DNA of 64,000 bases from Catajapyx aquilonaris (GCA_000934665.2 KZ538595.1:1-64000); one strand, 5' to 3'. Numbered from the stretch's first letter, positions 12,534 to 24,940 are shown. Made by a program: numbers and translations. The notes: generated by a model not told the origin, from the sequence alone.

Positions 12534-14189
12534 TCACTTCGGAGGCAGAACAACAAGGGTCATGCCAACTTGGAGCATGTTCTGGCACGTTTCCAATGCC
12601 GACCTGATGGCTGCCATCCTGACAACCTTCAGGTCGATTAAAGTGTCCGCACCTAAATTAATCCACGGGGCTTCCCGGACGTCTCCTGAGACGACACCCA
12701 TTATGCCGTCCGGGATGACCTCTACCCACCCTTCAACTTGATCCCTCCTGACCAGTGAGCAGCAGCAGTGACGGTCACTTCTGTCCCTCCAGAGGTGATG
12801 GTAAGCGCTATCCAACAGCACGACACCACATCTTGATCCTGCGATGCATCTAGCAACATGCAACAAGCTGCCTGACAGCCAACCGCAGCTTTCCAGGATG
12901 TCGGATCTCCTCATGCCGCCTGCAGGATGCCCTAGCGTACCCTGAAACATCAAGATGAAGTCGCAGCTTACAAGCAACTGAAGTATTACGCCTCACCTTC
13001 TGCTGGATCCGCATAGCCATTGTGGCCTCAAAGCATCCTCCACCTGGCAAAACATGTGGATCGTGCAGCATGATGCGCAGAGAGTCGAGAACCTGCTGGC
13101 AAACCACCTGGAACATTGTCGCAATAATCGCAGATGCTGATTTTACGACTTCAATGAGACAATCACCTTCAATTCTTCAGCGCCTTCTGGAGTCCATGCT
13201 GTTACTCTGACTGTGATGATGTTTCCCTCCGAGTTGGCCAACAGCAAGAAGGTTCGGTCGTTCCTTCTGACCACACTCACTGATGACAACCTTCCACATC
13301 CGTCTGCTCCGGTTCCAGTCAGCCGTGCAAAATGTCCGGCTTGATCTGTCCCAAGTCGCTCCAGCACAACGATGCCTCTCCGTCGCATCTTGTCTCTAAA
13401 TCCTGGCGAAACCACTTTTTGACATGCGACCAGTTTTGTCTCCAGCGTGACCAGTTCAGCATCACCACTGTTGAGCCCACATGTAAAAAGCATTGTTGAT
13501 GTCTCGCCAAGTTCACACATTGCGCCCAACTCTTCCACTGCAGGTTCAGGGTACAATATGCCTTCAAACAGCTCAGATTTTCCATCGCCCGTGTGGGACA
13601 CGAGGATAACTTCTCCTTGAGTGTGCTGGTTGTCCGGAATTCGCTGCAGGAAGGCTTTCAGTAATGTAATTGCGACCAGGTGCTGGTCACAGTTCAGTCG
13701 CACAAGAGGCTTGGAGCGGATTATGGTCCGCACTACTGCTAACATGTGTGGCGCTTCCCAGTCGGTCCTGCCCGCATCCAATTCTATTTCGTGGAGTAGC
13801 TGACATGCCGCAGCCAGCGCATCTCTCTTCATCACTTGGTTGATGGACGACCGAAGCACATTCGCCAGCAGAGTCGTGGTCAGAGTCGCCACGTACAAAC
13901 CCCCGTCGCCGTACTCCCGTAGCTGTCCTTCAGCCGTAGCGCTCATCATCTCAACCAGCGGGTTGCCCACCTTGAAGTTGGGCGCGATCCGTTTGAAGGA
14001 AGACGTCACAATGTCGTCGGAAGGGAGGGAGATCAGCTTGAGCCCTGCGTTTGCGCCCAGGCAGGACTCCCACATGCGCTGGGCCATCTTCAACTGGTTC
14101 GCAAACTGGCTGCCATTCAACGGCTGAGTAACGACCCGCGTTCCTTGCTGCACGCCCAGGCGCAACGACACGCTCCTCTTACCAGCCAT
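12534..14189 (-). CDS. MKKS: McKusick-Kaufman/Bardet-Biedl syndrome chaperonin-like protein (BBS6)
   Basis: Predicted exons 14189-13167, 13107-12997, 12941-12534 (~513 aa). Motifs SCLGANAGLKL, YGDGGLY, IIRSKP, VACQKVV..IVVLERLG, VLPGGGCFE, HLW..CCCSL and C-terminal A.ETCQNML resemble MKKS rather than canonical CCT subunits (no GDGTT). Confidence 0.85.
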
Positions 14190-14280
14190 GCCTGCAACAA
14201 CTCGCATTCAAACCATAAAAAAGGGAACAATCAAAATAATCTTATTGATTCGCTGGCGTATGTACAACTACGGAGCTCTC

Positions 14281-14568
14281 TCATTCCCTCCGATGCGGTC
14301 GTCCGGTGATCTTCTCCTCAAGGAAGTACAGTCCCTGGAACAATTAAACGTGGGATTTAAACACAATGAATTGGTCGTCCCTGATCATACGTACCTGGAT
14401 GATTGGGATTTGCTTCTTCTGTCCCTCGGGCACGAACTCCTTGACGTCCTGCAGCTTGTACCACCCCCAGTGCATCGCGACCAGGGCTGGAACCATCACC
14501 AAGACGACCACGTTCCGCCTCCAGAACCTGCCCCATTTGCCCAGCTCAGGGGGGTCCTCACCAGGCAT
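14281..14568 (-). CDS. 75-aa single-TM microprotein resembling the MKKS uORF product uMKKS1
   Basis: Exon 14568-14395 (MPGEDPPELGKWGRFWRRNVVVLVMVPALVAMHWGWYKLQDVKEFVPEGQKKQIPIIQ), 60-nt GT-AG intron, exon 14334-14281 (GLYFLEEKITGRPHRRE*). Core resembles human uMKKS1 as recalled (LWRDYKVLVVMVPLVGLIHLGWYRI). Confidence 0.75.
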
Positions 14569-14800
14569 TTTTTGTCGGGGGCAACGAACGCGAATCGAAC
14601 ACTAATCGAGCAGTGAATCGAACGTCTCATGAGAAAGAAAGAAAAGAAAAAAAGCATGCAAATGAACACGTGACATGTTGTGAACGTTAATTGGAATTAA
14701 TCTGCACCTACAATTTTTTTTAATTAGTTAAATTAAGTGTTAAAATTGTGGTTAAAATTTGAGATATTTAAAATGTTCGAATTGAACGATTCCGATTGTT

Positions 14801-14840
14801 AGTGTCGATAGTATCATGTAAGTGTCGATAGTATCATGTA
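14801..14840. repeat. Perfect 20-bp tandem duplication in the divergent intergenic region between microprotein/MKKS and the FASTK gene
   Basis: AGTGTCGATAGTATCATGTA x2. Confidence 0.85.
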
Positions 14841-15107
14841 AGCGGGACTATTTGTTCGATAGTGTCGCCACGTGTTTTTGGCACAAGTTGACCTTTTTTT
14901 TCTGCAAATTTTAGCGACAAATTTGGCGACAAGGTGCGAACGGACAAGCTGACCGGATGAGGACAGGGCCTGGCCAGCTTTAAGAACTAGTTGCAGGTAA
15001 TTATGTTCACCACCGGTCAGCACGTACTGAGCTGCATTAATGCCAAAAATATTAGCAGTAATGTCCACAATATATATTACATATTGGGAATATTAATAAT
15101 TGCAGGG

Positions 15108-17553
15108 ATGCTAAGACATGTTACGTGTACATGCCTGCGACTGCGATCGTTGGGGCAGTCGTACACTAGGAAGACGGCGCAGCTGGTGTTGTCAAGCTGC
15201 CGTTTCCAGTGCGGCCTGGTTGGTCCCCGTGGTTCGGCGAAGGAGGCGGAGGACCAGGACGTGCTGTTGAATCAGCTGAAGTATGCGAACTCGCCGGAGC
15301 AGCTGATTGGAGTCGTGGACTCCCATCACCAGGTCATGAACCTGAGGCATCTGAAGGAGTGCCTCACGTCTCTGTACCACATCCAGAGGAAGGTCGGGGC
15401 CAAGTGGGAAGGAAAGCGGGAGTACAGAAGCACCGGGATTAAGGACATACCGGGGTTCAAAGAGATGTGCGCAATGCTGCAGAAGAAAGCCAGGCTGCTG
15501 GAGCCTAGCGACCTCCTTAATTCGCTCAAGGTAAACACCGCAATTTCCCAGTGTCTGTACTAGCCAAATTGCTGTGTACTCATGTTCTAGACGGTACTGC
15601 TGTGCGGCGTGGAAGCAAATTCATCGCTGGTTCAGACGTTGCTCCAGCTTATCCGCCACCATGTCAACCAGCTGACGGTCCAGGAAGTGGAGTACCTTCA
15701 CTTCTTGCTGAGCAGGATTGCGACGAGGGGAGGCCCCCTGAGGGAGGCTCTCCTGATGGCCCTTCCCGTGGTGTTTGAGGCACAGCTTGCGGCGCAGCTG
15801 CCAGACGCTTCCACCTCTTCTCTTCCCTCTCTGCTCACCTTTGCCTCCCAGACCTGCCCAAAGGTCGTGCCTCAGATTTTGGAGGAGGCTGGAAGCCGGG
15901 GGCTGGATATGGACCATGAGCAGGCTCTGAGCTGTCTCTGGAGCCTGATCACTCTCAAGGGTGATCACAACAAAGGTCAGTTGCTCTGGAGCCATCCCCA
16001 TTTCTGTGAATCTAATTTTTCATTTTTTTTGGCAGGTTCTGACAAACTGATTGGAATCTGCATGGAGAAAGTATGTTCGTCTATACACCTGCTGAGTGAT
16101 CAGCGGGCAGGGGCCCTTTTGAACGCATTGTCTCGCAGGATTTCATTTGGTGATTCCCCATTATACTACGAGCCTCTTTTCGAATCTGCGGGTGACGTGG
16201 CTGTGTCAAGTCGATGGGGTGTGGGACCTGCCTCACGAATGCTGAGGTATCTGACCAAAGCCGGGCATGTCCACGAGGCACTGACTGATTACCTCGCAAC
16301 AGCCATTCTGGAAAATGCAGAAAGTGAAAGCGAAGATAGTTTATCGTGGGGGCTGTGTTCTTTGGTTTCTGGCTGCGCCTTAGACCTGCACACACCGCCA
16401 CGGTGGGACGAAGTGAGGCAGTTAATTTTAAATCAGACATTTTGGAGGAAGGTAAGGAAAATTATGGCATTAATTGAATTAAAATTACTCATAAAATTAT
16501 GATTTCCAGGATTTTGCAGAACTACCACTGATCAGGTTTGCATTGGATTTGCTTACGCTTGACATTGTCGTCAAGGATTTGCTAGATGTTGTGCTATCAC
16601 CGGAATACCTCGGAAGAACGTTTGGTAGTGGTAAGCACACAGTATCGTCTTAATTTGGGTCACATTTAAAAAAAAAAAATGATGTAAAAGGCCTTTTATG
16701 TGTAGCTGAAGAGGTCACCTAATCTCATTGATAATAGCGTAATCTAGCCAAAATGCGATCAGGTTGATGAAGTCTTCTTTCATAAACTTTTTTTTTTTTT
16801 GGTGGCGTCCTCAATCCAGGCGTGAGGATGTTCCACTACTTCCAGCTGCTCCGCATCCACCAGACCCTGTCGAGCACTCACAAGGCTGGGTATGATGGTC
16901 CTCTCCTCCCGGACCCCTACTTGTCCACTGCGCTCAGGGTACACGGAGAGGAAGAAGGACAAGAGTTCCCTCTTGAGGGTGCTCTCCACGTTGGGCTTGG
17001 AGGTGGAAACTACGTCAAGTCTAGAGTTTTCACCAAAATGGGACACTTCCTGGGTAGGTTTTCGCAGAGCTGGGTGTCGTCTACATGTGTATGCACTTTT
17101 CAGACCTTCATTGTCGTTTCAGACCATCTGGTGGTAATGCGCAAGGGAGGCTACCCCATTGCAATCAACACTGACGCATCATCTTCTCCATCTCACGGGA
17201 AGGAGTACGTGGAGGACCTGCAGCTGCCAGGCGACAGTGTCACGTAAGTCCCTCTCAGGTTGTTGTGTTGAGTACTTGAACAATAATTCCTCACTTTCCC
17301 GTGCAGGTTGGCTGTCAAGCTGCTGAAGCCCAGTGGATATCCGTTGAATAGCAACAGTCCGAAAGGGATGCTACTCCTGGAGATGCGGGATCTAGAAGCC
17401 ATTGGTTTTGCACCTGTTCTAATATCACAGGCTGCTTGGGAGGCATTGTTGCACCACGAAAGAGTTCCCTATCTGATGGCCAAGCTAAGAGACAGGTGCA
17501 CGGAAGCAGAACAACAATCGCAGGGACAAGCAGGCTCGCTGCTCTATCCTTGA
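15108..17553 (+). CDS. FAST kinase domain-containing mitochondrial RNA-binding protein (FASTKD1-like)
   Basis: Arg-rich presequence-like N-terminus, helical leucine-rich middle, C-terminal RAP-like region (DHLVVMRKGGYP..KGMLLLEMRDLEAIGFAPVLISQAAWEAL..RVPYL). Multiple short introns and a likely 5'UTR intron ending 2 nt before the ATG. Confidence 0.7.
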
Positions 17554-18263
17554 TGCATTTCCATCGAAGACTCTGTTTTATAACAATCGTACTTGCGTCT
17601 ACATGATAGCCGAGTGCTGTGCGGATGGGCTCTTTGCAGAATTATTAAACAAGTGTTACCTACTATAATTGTCAATCATCTGCATGTCGCTTTTGCAGGG
17701 AGTTTGGACTGACTTATTCATTCCTGACCCAGTGGACTCTGTGGCAACCAGGAGAACGTGTTGCTAAATTCATGTCGGCACATGACCACGTGCGACTGCG
17801 ACATGGGAAAGACGAATGAATTCATAATTAATTAATTAATTAGTAACTAATTCGAACATCCCGCCTGTAGTTCGAGTAACCACCGCCAGGTGTCTCTCCC
17901 ATCAAAACAGGGTGCACTCTATAATATAAAATGGAACGACCACAGTGGAATGTAATTATCTTAATTATTTTAATAGTTCCTGTGTAATTGCGAGTAATTT
18001 TACAGATAATATTTTTGTTAAACATACAAAGTACACGCGGGATACATGTTACCCATGTGTCATGTCAGCTGTGGAATTCCAATGATAACAACGGGGAGGT
18101 CTGTATATGTAAATGTTAGCAATGCATGGGCCAGGCTGACTTAATTAGGATACCCCATTTAAATGTATTTTGCTAGTAACCAGCTAGGTGCGAGTGTTCT
18201 AATGCTGGAGTCATTTTCCAGTGAGTTCCTCGTGGCAAGAGCTGCTCGTGGTAGTTGTGAGAG

Positions 18264-20105
18264 ATGCCGACTCGTGCGGAGAAGCCGCCGTCCACCACAT
18301 CAGACATGTCATCCGCCGCAGAGGACGAGGGGGGACCAGCTGCAGCCAGGCACCTCTCCAGCCCTTCCTCGCCCTTCCAGGAGGCGTCCAGCTGGACAGA
18401 CGACCTCCCTGTCTGCCACCTCTCTGGTAACATCGTCACGTTGTAATTTCCTTTCCCCACTGCTTTTGATATGATAATCTTCTCCGTCCGTCCGTCCGGC
18501 AGGAGTGGGATTCTCGACTAATCAGGTGTACCGTGAAGATGGGGTGCGGAGGGAGGAGCACCCTTTCGAGGACCGCAGCTTTCACTTTCATGTCGATGGA
18601 GACTTTCTGTATGGCGTGTTGGACGGCGAAGGGGATGCAGGGGCAGCCGCCACCTTTGCGGCACAGAGGTTCCCTGCTGAATTACTTCTAGGTGAGCTGC
18701 TGGAGTGTGGACCAGTTGGCAGGGCAACCGTTGTGTGTTTGTTTTTTTAAAATAGGGCAGCTGTCAGGATCTGCGACGGAGGTGGCTGACCCACGTGAGG
18801 CGCTGCGCAGTGCTTTTGGCGCTGTGGAACGTGGCTTCTTCCAGTGGGTCGATGAGCGTTTGGCAGAACGTGTCCGGCTCCAGTGCGAGTTGCCTGAGGG
18901 CCTGACCTCCTACCAGGCCTACCAACGCTGTCCAGATCTTGCCAGGCGGTTGGCGGTGTTGGACGAACAGGTTGCTGCCTCGTCGTCTGCTGTGTTGGCT
19001 CTTGTGTCGGGCCTCAAGCTCTATGTGGCCAATGTTGGTGACTGCAGAGCTCTCCTCTGCCGGACAGATGTTGATGGCGTCTTAAGGTGCGTGAAGCTTA
19101 AATCAAGGGGAAAATAACCGGGTGTCTTGTGTAATAATATTCTACTGCACAGGTGGAAGGAATTGTAAACTTTTTTTTGGATTAAATCTAATGTTATTGT
19201 TCAGAGTGGTGCAGCTCTCTGTGGACCACATCTGGGACAACGAGGATGAGGTGCTGAGGTTATCCCAGCTGGGTGTTGACGTCAAGAAGAGTGGCGGCAT
19301 AGCAGGAGGAAGGACGAGATGCATTGGGAACTACATGGTCAAAGGAGGATATAAAGAAACTGAGGGAATCAAGGATGCCGCCTCTGAACCGGTTGTTGCA
19401 GAGCCAGAGATTCATGGCGGGATACCCATTGATGATTCTTGCAGGTAGGGCAACGGGTTTGGGCCACACGTTGAGTGATTTCTGACGTCCACATACATGT
19501 TGACAGGTTCCTCCTCTTGATGTCCAATGGACTTCCCCGTTCTCTGGAGGAAGCAGCTGTGACAGACAATGTGAACCGTGAGCTGGCCCACATGGTGGTG
19601 GAGCAGTTCCGCACACAGTCAACCTTGACAGGAGTAGCCCAGGCAGTGGTGGACAGGGTTGCAAGGATCCACCACGATGCGTTTATGACTGGCACTTCTC
19701 TCAGGTTGGTGGCTTGAAATGGTGAAATTCCTCGGGACACGGGAAAATGTGGATTTTGCTTCTTTCAGGTGCCAGCGCAGAGAAGACATGACGCTTCTGG
19801 TCAGGAACTTCAGCTACCCTTTGCCCAATGCTTCCCGCAACCTGAGGGCCACCTCTCCGCTCCCACCAGGAGCCATGATGCCACCTCCTCCCACACCCAC
19901 TTCCTCCTCGCACCCACTGCTCCCTCCTCCTTCCACCAACACCAGCACCGAGTCGTCGTCCGAGGCAATCCCGTTGGCTGCTCAGCTTCCGCTGGATGAA
20001 GATGGCCGGATTGAGCCTTACGTATCATTTGACGACTACTACAAAGCAGTCGATGAAGCTAGGAAGCAGGGGCAGCCCTTGTTGCCGTTGGATGATTTTG
20101 ACTGA
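18264..20105 (+). CDS. TAB1: TAK1-binding protein 1 (PP2C-like pseudophosphatase)
   Basis: SWTDDLPVCHLSG|VG, FLYGV..FAAQRFPAELLLGQL, LYVANVG..RALLC, QLSVDH, AEPEIHG, VAQAVVDRVARIH, EDMTLLVRNF, C-terminal EDGRIEPYVSF. Confidence 0.93.
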
Positions 20106-20491
20106 TGCCCTTAATGGTGAGAAATGACATACATGGCAGTGGCTTTCCTGTCAGTTTGGACCAAGGAGCAAAGTCAAAAGTGGTACCTAAACAGTCCGGG
20201 AAACCAATCCCTCCTACCCTCTTTGCATCACATGGTTGATTCATGGCCGATGTCTTTGGTTCAACCTACCACACGTCCAACCTGTCCCACTCTCCCTTTG
20301 CATGTCCGGAATCAAGTGACTGATAGACAAAATACATCACTGATCACAATGTGGACGTATCGCATGCAGCAATTGCCAAAATACATCCTGATGACTATTG
20401 CTTTACTTTGTGTAAGTTTTTCATTTGGTTCCTTCATACAATGAATTTCTCCAGGTGATTTAAGCTTGATTATTATCACCATGCTTGTGGC

Positions 20492-21644
20492 TCACTCCGA
20501 CGCTGGTTGATCCTTGTTACTGTCAGATTCTTTTGGGGGTTCTTCTGCAGGCGTGGGCTCAGGCGTGGGCTCAGGCGTGGGCTCAGGCGTGGGCTCAGGC
20601 GTGATGATGGTCACTTTTGTGTCCTGTGACGAAGGGGAAGCCTCAGGCAACGGCGTCACCTGCTGATTTTCTGGCTGTTTCGACACCGATATAGATGTGT
20701 TGGACATAGAGGCAGCTGGAGCCTCTTCCTTCTCCACAACAACCTTCTTCTTCACCTTTCTGGCCTTTGTGACCTCGGCCATCTGTAAGCTCAGCTCAGC
20801 CAGGTGGTACATATGCTCCATCTGTGAAAGTGACACACATAAATGAGCCCAACTGATGGCACTGCACACGAGCACCTCGTTATGCGCCTACTGTACCTGA
20901 GTGGCATTCTTCAGTTGGGTGACCAGAGGCGCCTGGAACCAGAGGTTCTTTGTGACGGCCCCTCCGCCTTGCTGGACCATCTTCTCCCAGTCCCTGGCCC
21001 TCTCCGCGGCGTACCACAGAGCCTTCAACCTTTGCTTCTCCTTCTCCATCCACTTCCGCTCCTCCTCCACGGCCATCAGCTTCTGGAAGGACCTTCTGGC
21101 CGCAGCCAGGCTCTTTGGTCTGTGATCTTTCTTTATCTTGGGGCTGATCAGGTACTCGCCGTGGACCACAGGCGGAAGTCTCTGAAAGAGTGACGGACAG
21201 AAAAGGTATAGAGAGAAGAGGAGGAGCCTTCGTGCGTGTGTGGTAACCTTCTGTTCCTCGGTCATCTCGTCTATGAACTTATTGGCCAGGAAGATGGGGT
21301 GATGGTTGAGAGCATCCTCGTACTCTGGGGTCACCTTGACCTGCCGACGGAGCATCATGAACTGATCGCGGAGTCGCTCGTCGTCCTGAAAGTGGACCCA
21401 GCTGCTTGGTCACCCATCACTGACGCACTTCAGGTAACACCCATCCGCACTATACGTACCCACCTGACCATCACTCTTTCGTGTTTCTTGGCGGAGAACT
21501 CCTCCCTGATCCTCTTTTGTAGGACTTCCAGGAAATGCTTGTCGTTGAAGCGGACCATTGTCTCCCCCATCGTCATGAACATCCTGTCCCTCATGTGCCT
21601 CGTCTTGTCGCACCTGCAATTTATGTCAAATATAACTTTATACA

Positions 21645-21711
<67 letters not shown>

Positions 21712-21879
21712 ATTAAGTGCGTCTCGCATGGGTTTATATACTGACTCGAAGGTGAAGATCAAATCTGAGAAGACCTCTCTCGTCAACTGGTCGATGGTGA
21801 GCGGGCGTCGGGCGGAGCCAGGTTTTGGGTTGTAGGACGACAAGTAGGATGGTGCGACCTTTACATTGTCCATCGCCAT
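20492..21879 (-). CDS. Uncharacterised (orphan) protein, copy B; PEPT repeats in tail
   Basis: Five-exon paralog of 7846-9191 with matching intron positions; intron 1 is 21745-21614. A 12-bp repeat near 20550-20602 encodes (PEPT)x4. Confidence 0.8.
21646..21710. repeat. (ATT)n microsatellite in intron 1 of orphan copy B
   Basis: About 21 uninterrupted ATT units. Confidence 0.95.
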
Positions 21880-21969
21880 TGTTGTTGCTGCTGTCTTGGG
21901 GGTGCGTGGTCTGCGTGCTTATTGGTGCTGTCTTCTCGGGAGGCGCCACACAGTGTGCTACTATATGGA

Positions 21970-22009
21970 CCAAGCGAGATTAGGCCTACCCAATGGGCAA
22001 TGGAGGTCA
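21970..22009 (-). promoter_or_regulatory. Conserved upstream motif of orphan gene copy B
   Basis: Minus strand TGACCTCCATTGCCCATTGGGTAGGCCTAATCTCGCTTGG ~90 nt before the ATG, matching 7708-7748. Confidence 0.55.
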
Positions 22010-22497
22010 CAGGTCGGGGTGCGGTGGAATGTCGCCGCCTTCTCTCGATGGGACAGGACTTGTTTACCACCCGGTTGCTGCGGATACCACAGGGTGCCAA
22101 TAATAATTGTTGGCTCTCAGGTATACACTGGGTTGCCCATGATGCTATTGCGAATAATTGGGCCACTGCTATATGCACAGCAGACTCCCGCTGATCTATA
22201 GTGTACTGTACGTGAATGCAAGTCGTATTCTGGAAATCAATTTTGGTACACCTGGTCTGTATGACACATGATCAAAGAGCAGGAGGAAAAAAAAAAACAA
22301 TGGGTTTCATATATAGGAATCAATCGACACCTGAAGCAATTAATCATGTTGCTTGCTCCTGTTTCCAGCAGTAGTGCTCCTTTCAGGCCGTCACTGCTGG
22401 GACCTAGTGGTATAATTGAATTATCGACATTTGAATAAGAGTAGTGTGCACTCCAGCAGTAATAACAGACGTATAGCTCATTCAGAGACACTGCATC

Positions 22498-24521
22498 ATG
22501 CTTCGTGGTTCCTCGAGACAGTTTCCTCACCTCAAGAGGGTCAGCGTGATTGCCCACATTTTGTGTATGTTCTGGTGCATCTCATCAGTGGAGTCGGCCA
22601 GGTTGGACAATTCGCATTTTCTGGCCGAACGTGCTCCGGATAAGGACATTCGATTGGTCTCCTCGTTCGTGCATGGTCTCATGAGTCAGGTGCACCCACG
22701 ATGCGTGCTGGGGATTGGAACTCATCGTCACCTTCATGCTAAACAGTGGACTCCTCTCCTGACCATAATGAACAGAGAGTACCTGGTGGCCGTCCAGGTC
22801 ACGGGAAGGTCACCAGGAGAAGACCCCCGACCAGAGGTGGAGATGGAGACATACTCAAAGGTCAAGTTGGGTCACTGCGTGGTTCACTTTCTGGTGGGGA
22901 CCAGCGAGGACCAGTTGGGACCAGTGTTGGTCCATCTGAGGAGGAGGGTCAAGGTGCAGCTGGACCAGGACCACTTCCTCATCTGGACAGTTGGTGGTGA
23001 GGATGACTGTGGCCTGATGGCCCGGTGGGCAAAGGGGATAAAGTTCAAGCTGGGTCTGAGGGTGGTCACCTCCTCCTCCTCCTCCAACAATGGTTCTGCT
23101 GCAGTCCAGCTGTCCACCGCCTGCTTCTTCTGCGACCATGGAAGCCCAAGGGTCATCCACCTGCCAGAGTTATACGACGGAAGAGACTCGTCGTACTTCC
23201 GTCGGAGGGACGTGTTTCCGGACATGACCCGTGACCTGGGAGGGAAGACGCTGCGGGTGTCTAATCTGCGCAGGATGGAATACGAGGAGGTGAACGCGAG
23301 GTACTTGTCCCATGGACCCAGAAGCATCGAGTGCGACCTCCTGATATTCCACTGGGTGGCCCAGAAGATGAACTTCACCTACACGATGGACCGGATGGAA
23401 CCGGAGGAGTGGCTGGAGGAGCGTCTCTGGAACGGTTCCTTCATCGGCACTGTGGACCACCTGCTGAGGGGCAAGTGCGACGTGGCCTTCCTCTCCCGAT
23501 ACTCCGAGGAGAGCCTTCCCTTCGTCGGGTTCTCCTCACCCATATTCTTCGCCTCCATGGGATTCCTGACTGGCAGGCCCCGGGAGGCCACCTCCCGCTG
23601 GGAAGCCACGGTCCGGCCGTACACCTGCAGCATGTGGGTCCTCCTCCTGCTCTCGCTCTTCGTCTCCTCTCTCGCGTTGGCTGCCCTGATTGCACTGGAC
23701 CATCGAGGAAGGTCATCATCCTTTACACCCAGCAGCAGACGACTGGTGGTGGATTCCCTCCGGTGCTGCGCCAGAGCCTTGGTTGAGCAGAGCTCCCCGG
23801 TCGCCTTCCTTGCCAATCGGCCCCCAGCAGGCTGTTCTTCTCCTTCTTGCTCTACTTCTCCATGGTGATGTGCTGCGGATACAGGGAGATGCTCATCTCC
23901 TTCCTGACCATCCCTGTCCAATCCGCCCTTCCCCGGTCCTTCCCGGACATAGCCCGTCTCCAGTACCAGCCGGGCATCCCTTACACGCACCGCATAATCC
24001 TCCAGGCCTTTGTCAACAAGGCGCGGATCCCCGTCTACACGGAGATATTCGACAGGATGGACGACTACAGAGACGAGCTGGAGTGCATGAGGGCCACTCT
24101 GCTGGAAGGGGACAGGGTGGCCTGCATCTCCTTCTCCCTGACCATGGAGGACTTGTCCAGCCTCTTCGTCACTAGTCGAGGGGAAGGCCTGCTGGTCATA
24201 GCCCCTGCCATGGAGTTGTTCTTCTTCTCCGGGTCCTCGTTCAGGAAGGACGGACTCATCAGGGACGCGTACTCGGCCGTGCTGGACGGACTGTCCGCTG
24301 GAGGACTCCTGGACTACTCCAGGAGGATCGGCACGGACCTCAACTTCAGGAAGGGACTTGCTGCTGCCAGGGACACTGCTCCGTACGCTCAAGACGAGTC
24401 GCATGTCCGACCTCTCTCGGCGGGGAACCTGGAGAGCTCTCTTCTTCTTCTGTGCATCGGATTCGTCCTGGCCATTCTCGCATTTCTCTCAGAATTAATC
24501 ACAGGACGCTGCACTCAATAG
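22498..24521 (+). pseudogene. Divergent ionotropic receptor copy 1, single frameshift (pseudogene or sequencing error)
   Basis: ORFs 22498-23868 and 23847-24521 join if one base is added near the C5 run at 23821-23825, restoring ..PSRLFFSFLLYFSMVMCCGYRE. Otherwise signal peptide, S1, M1-M3, S2 and M4 are intact. Confidence 0.75.
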
Positions 24522-24940
24522 TATATGGAGTCTGTCAACAACAACAAAAAAATGCAGTGTGGAATTATCCCACCAACGTTATAGGAATGCACCTTATTAG
24601 GTCAATATTTCACGCGCTATTTCCACGAATGTGAAGCAATAAATTGTGGCACGGGAATATTATTGCAGACAGCAAAAGTGGCCAAAGAGAAAAATTACGG
24701 ATTGTCCATACCATACACTTATGTGCGCCGAAGTCTAATTTGAGAGCAGAGTATACTTCCAGGCACATGTGCTGCTGGCAGAATTGATGGGTAATTACAC
24801 GAAGGCCTCCTCCTATGTACGTATTATTCATGGTGTGCTTCAAATAGCATATGGGTGCACCTCCAGTACGGGGGATTCATATCGGAATACCGCGAAGACA
24901 GTTTGCCTGCAGGTGCTTCAGATATTGTGCCGATAACAGC

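Noticed and set aside
12534..14207. Calling the chaperonin-like gene a CCT/TCP-1 subunit
   Set aside because: It lacks the GDGTT ATP-binding motif and is far more diverged; motifs fit MKKS.
21236..21879. Poly-Asn, poly-Leu and poly-Ile ORFs
   Set aside because: Translations through an intronic (ATT)n microsatellite; the paralog has an intron at the same position.
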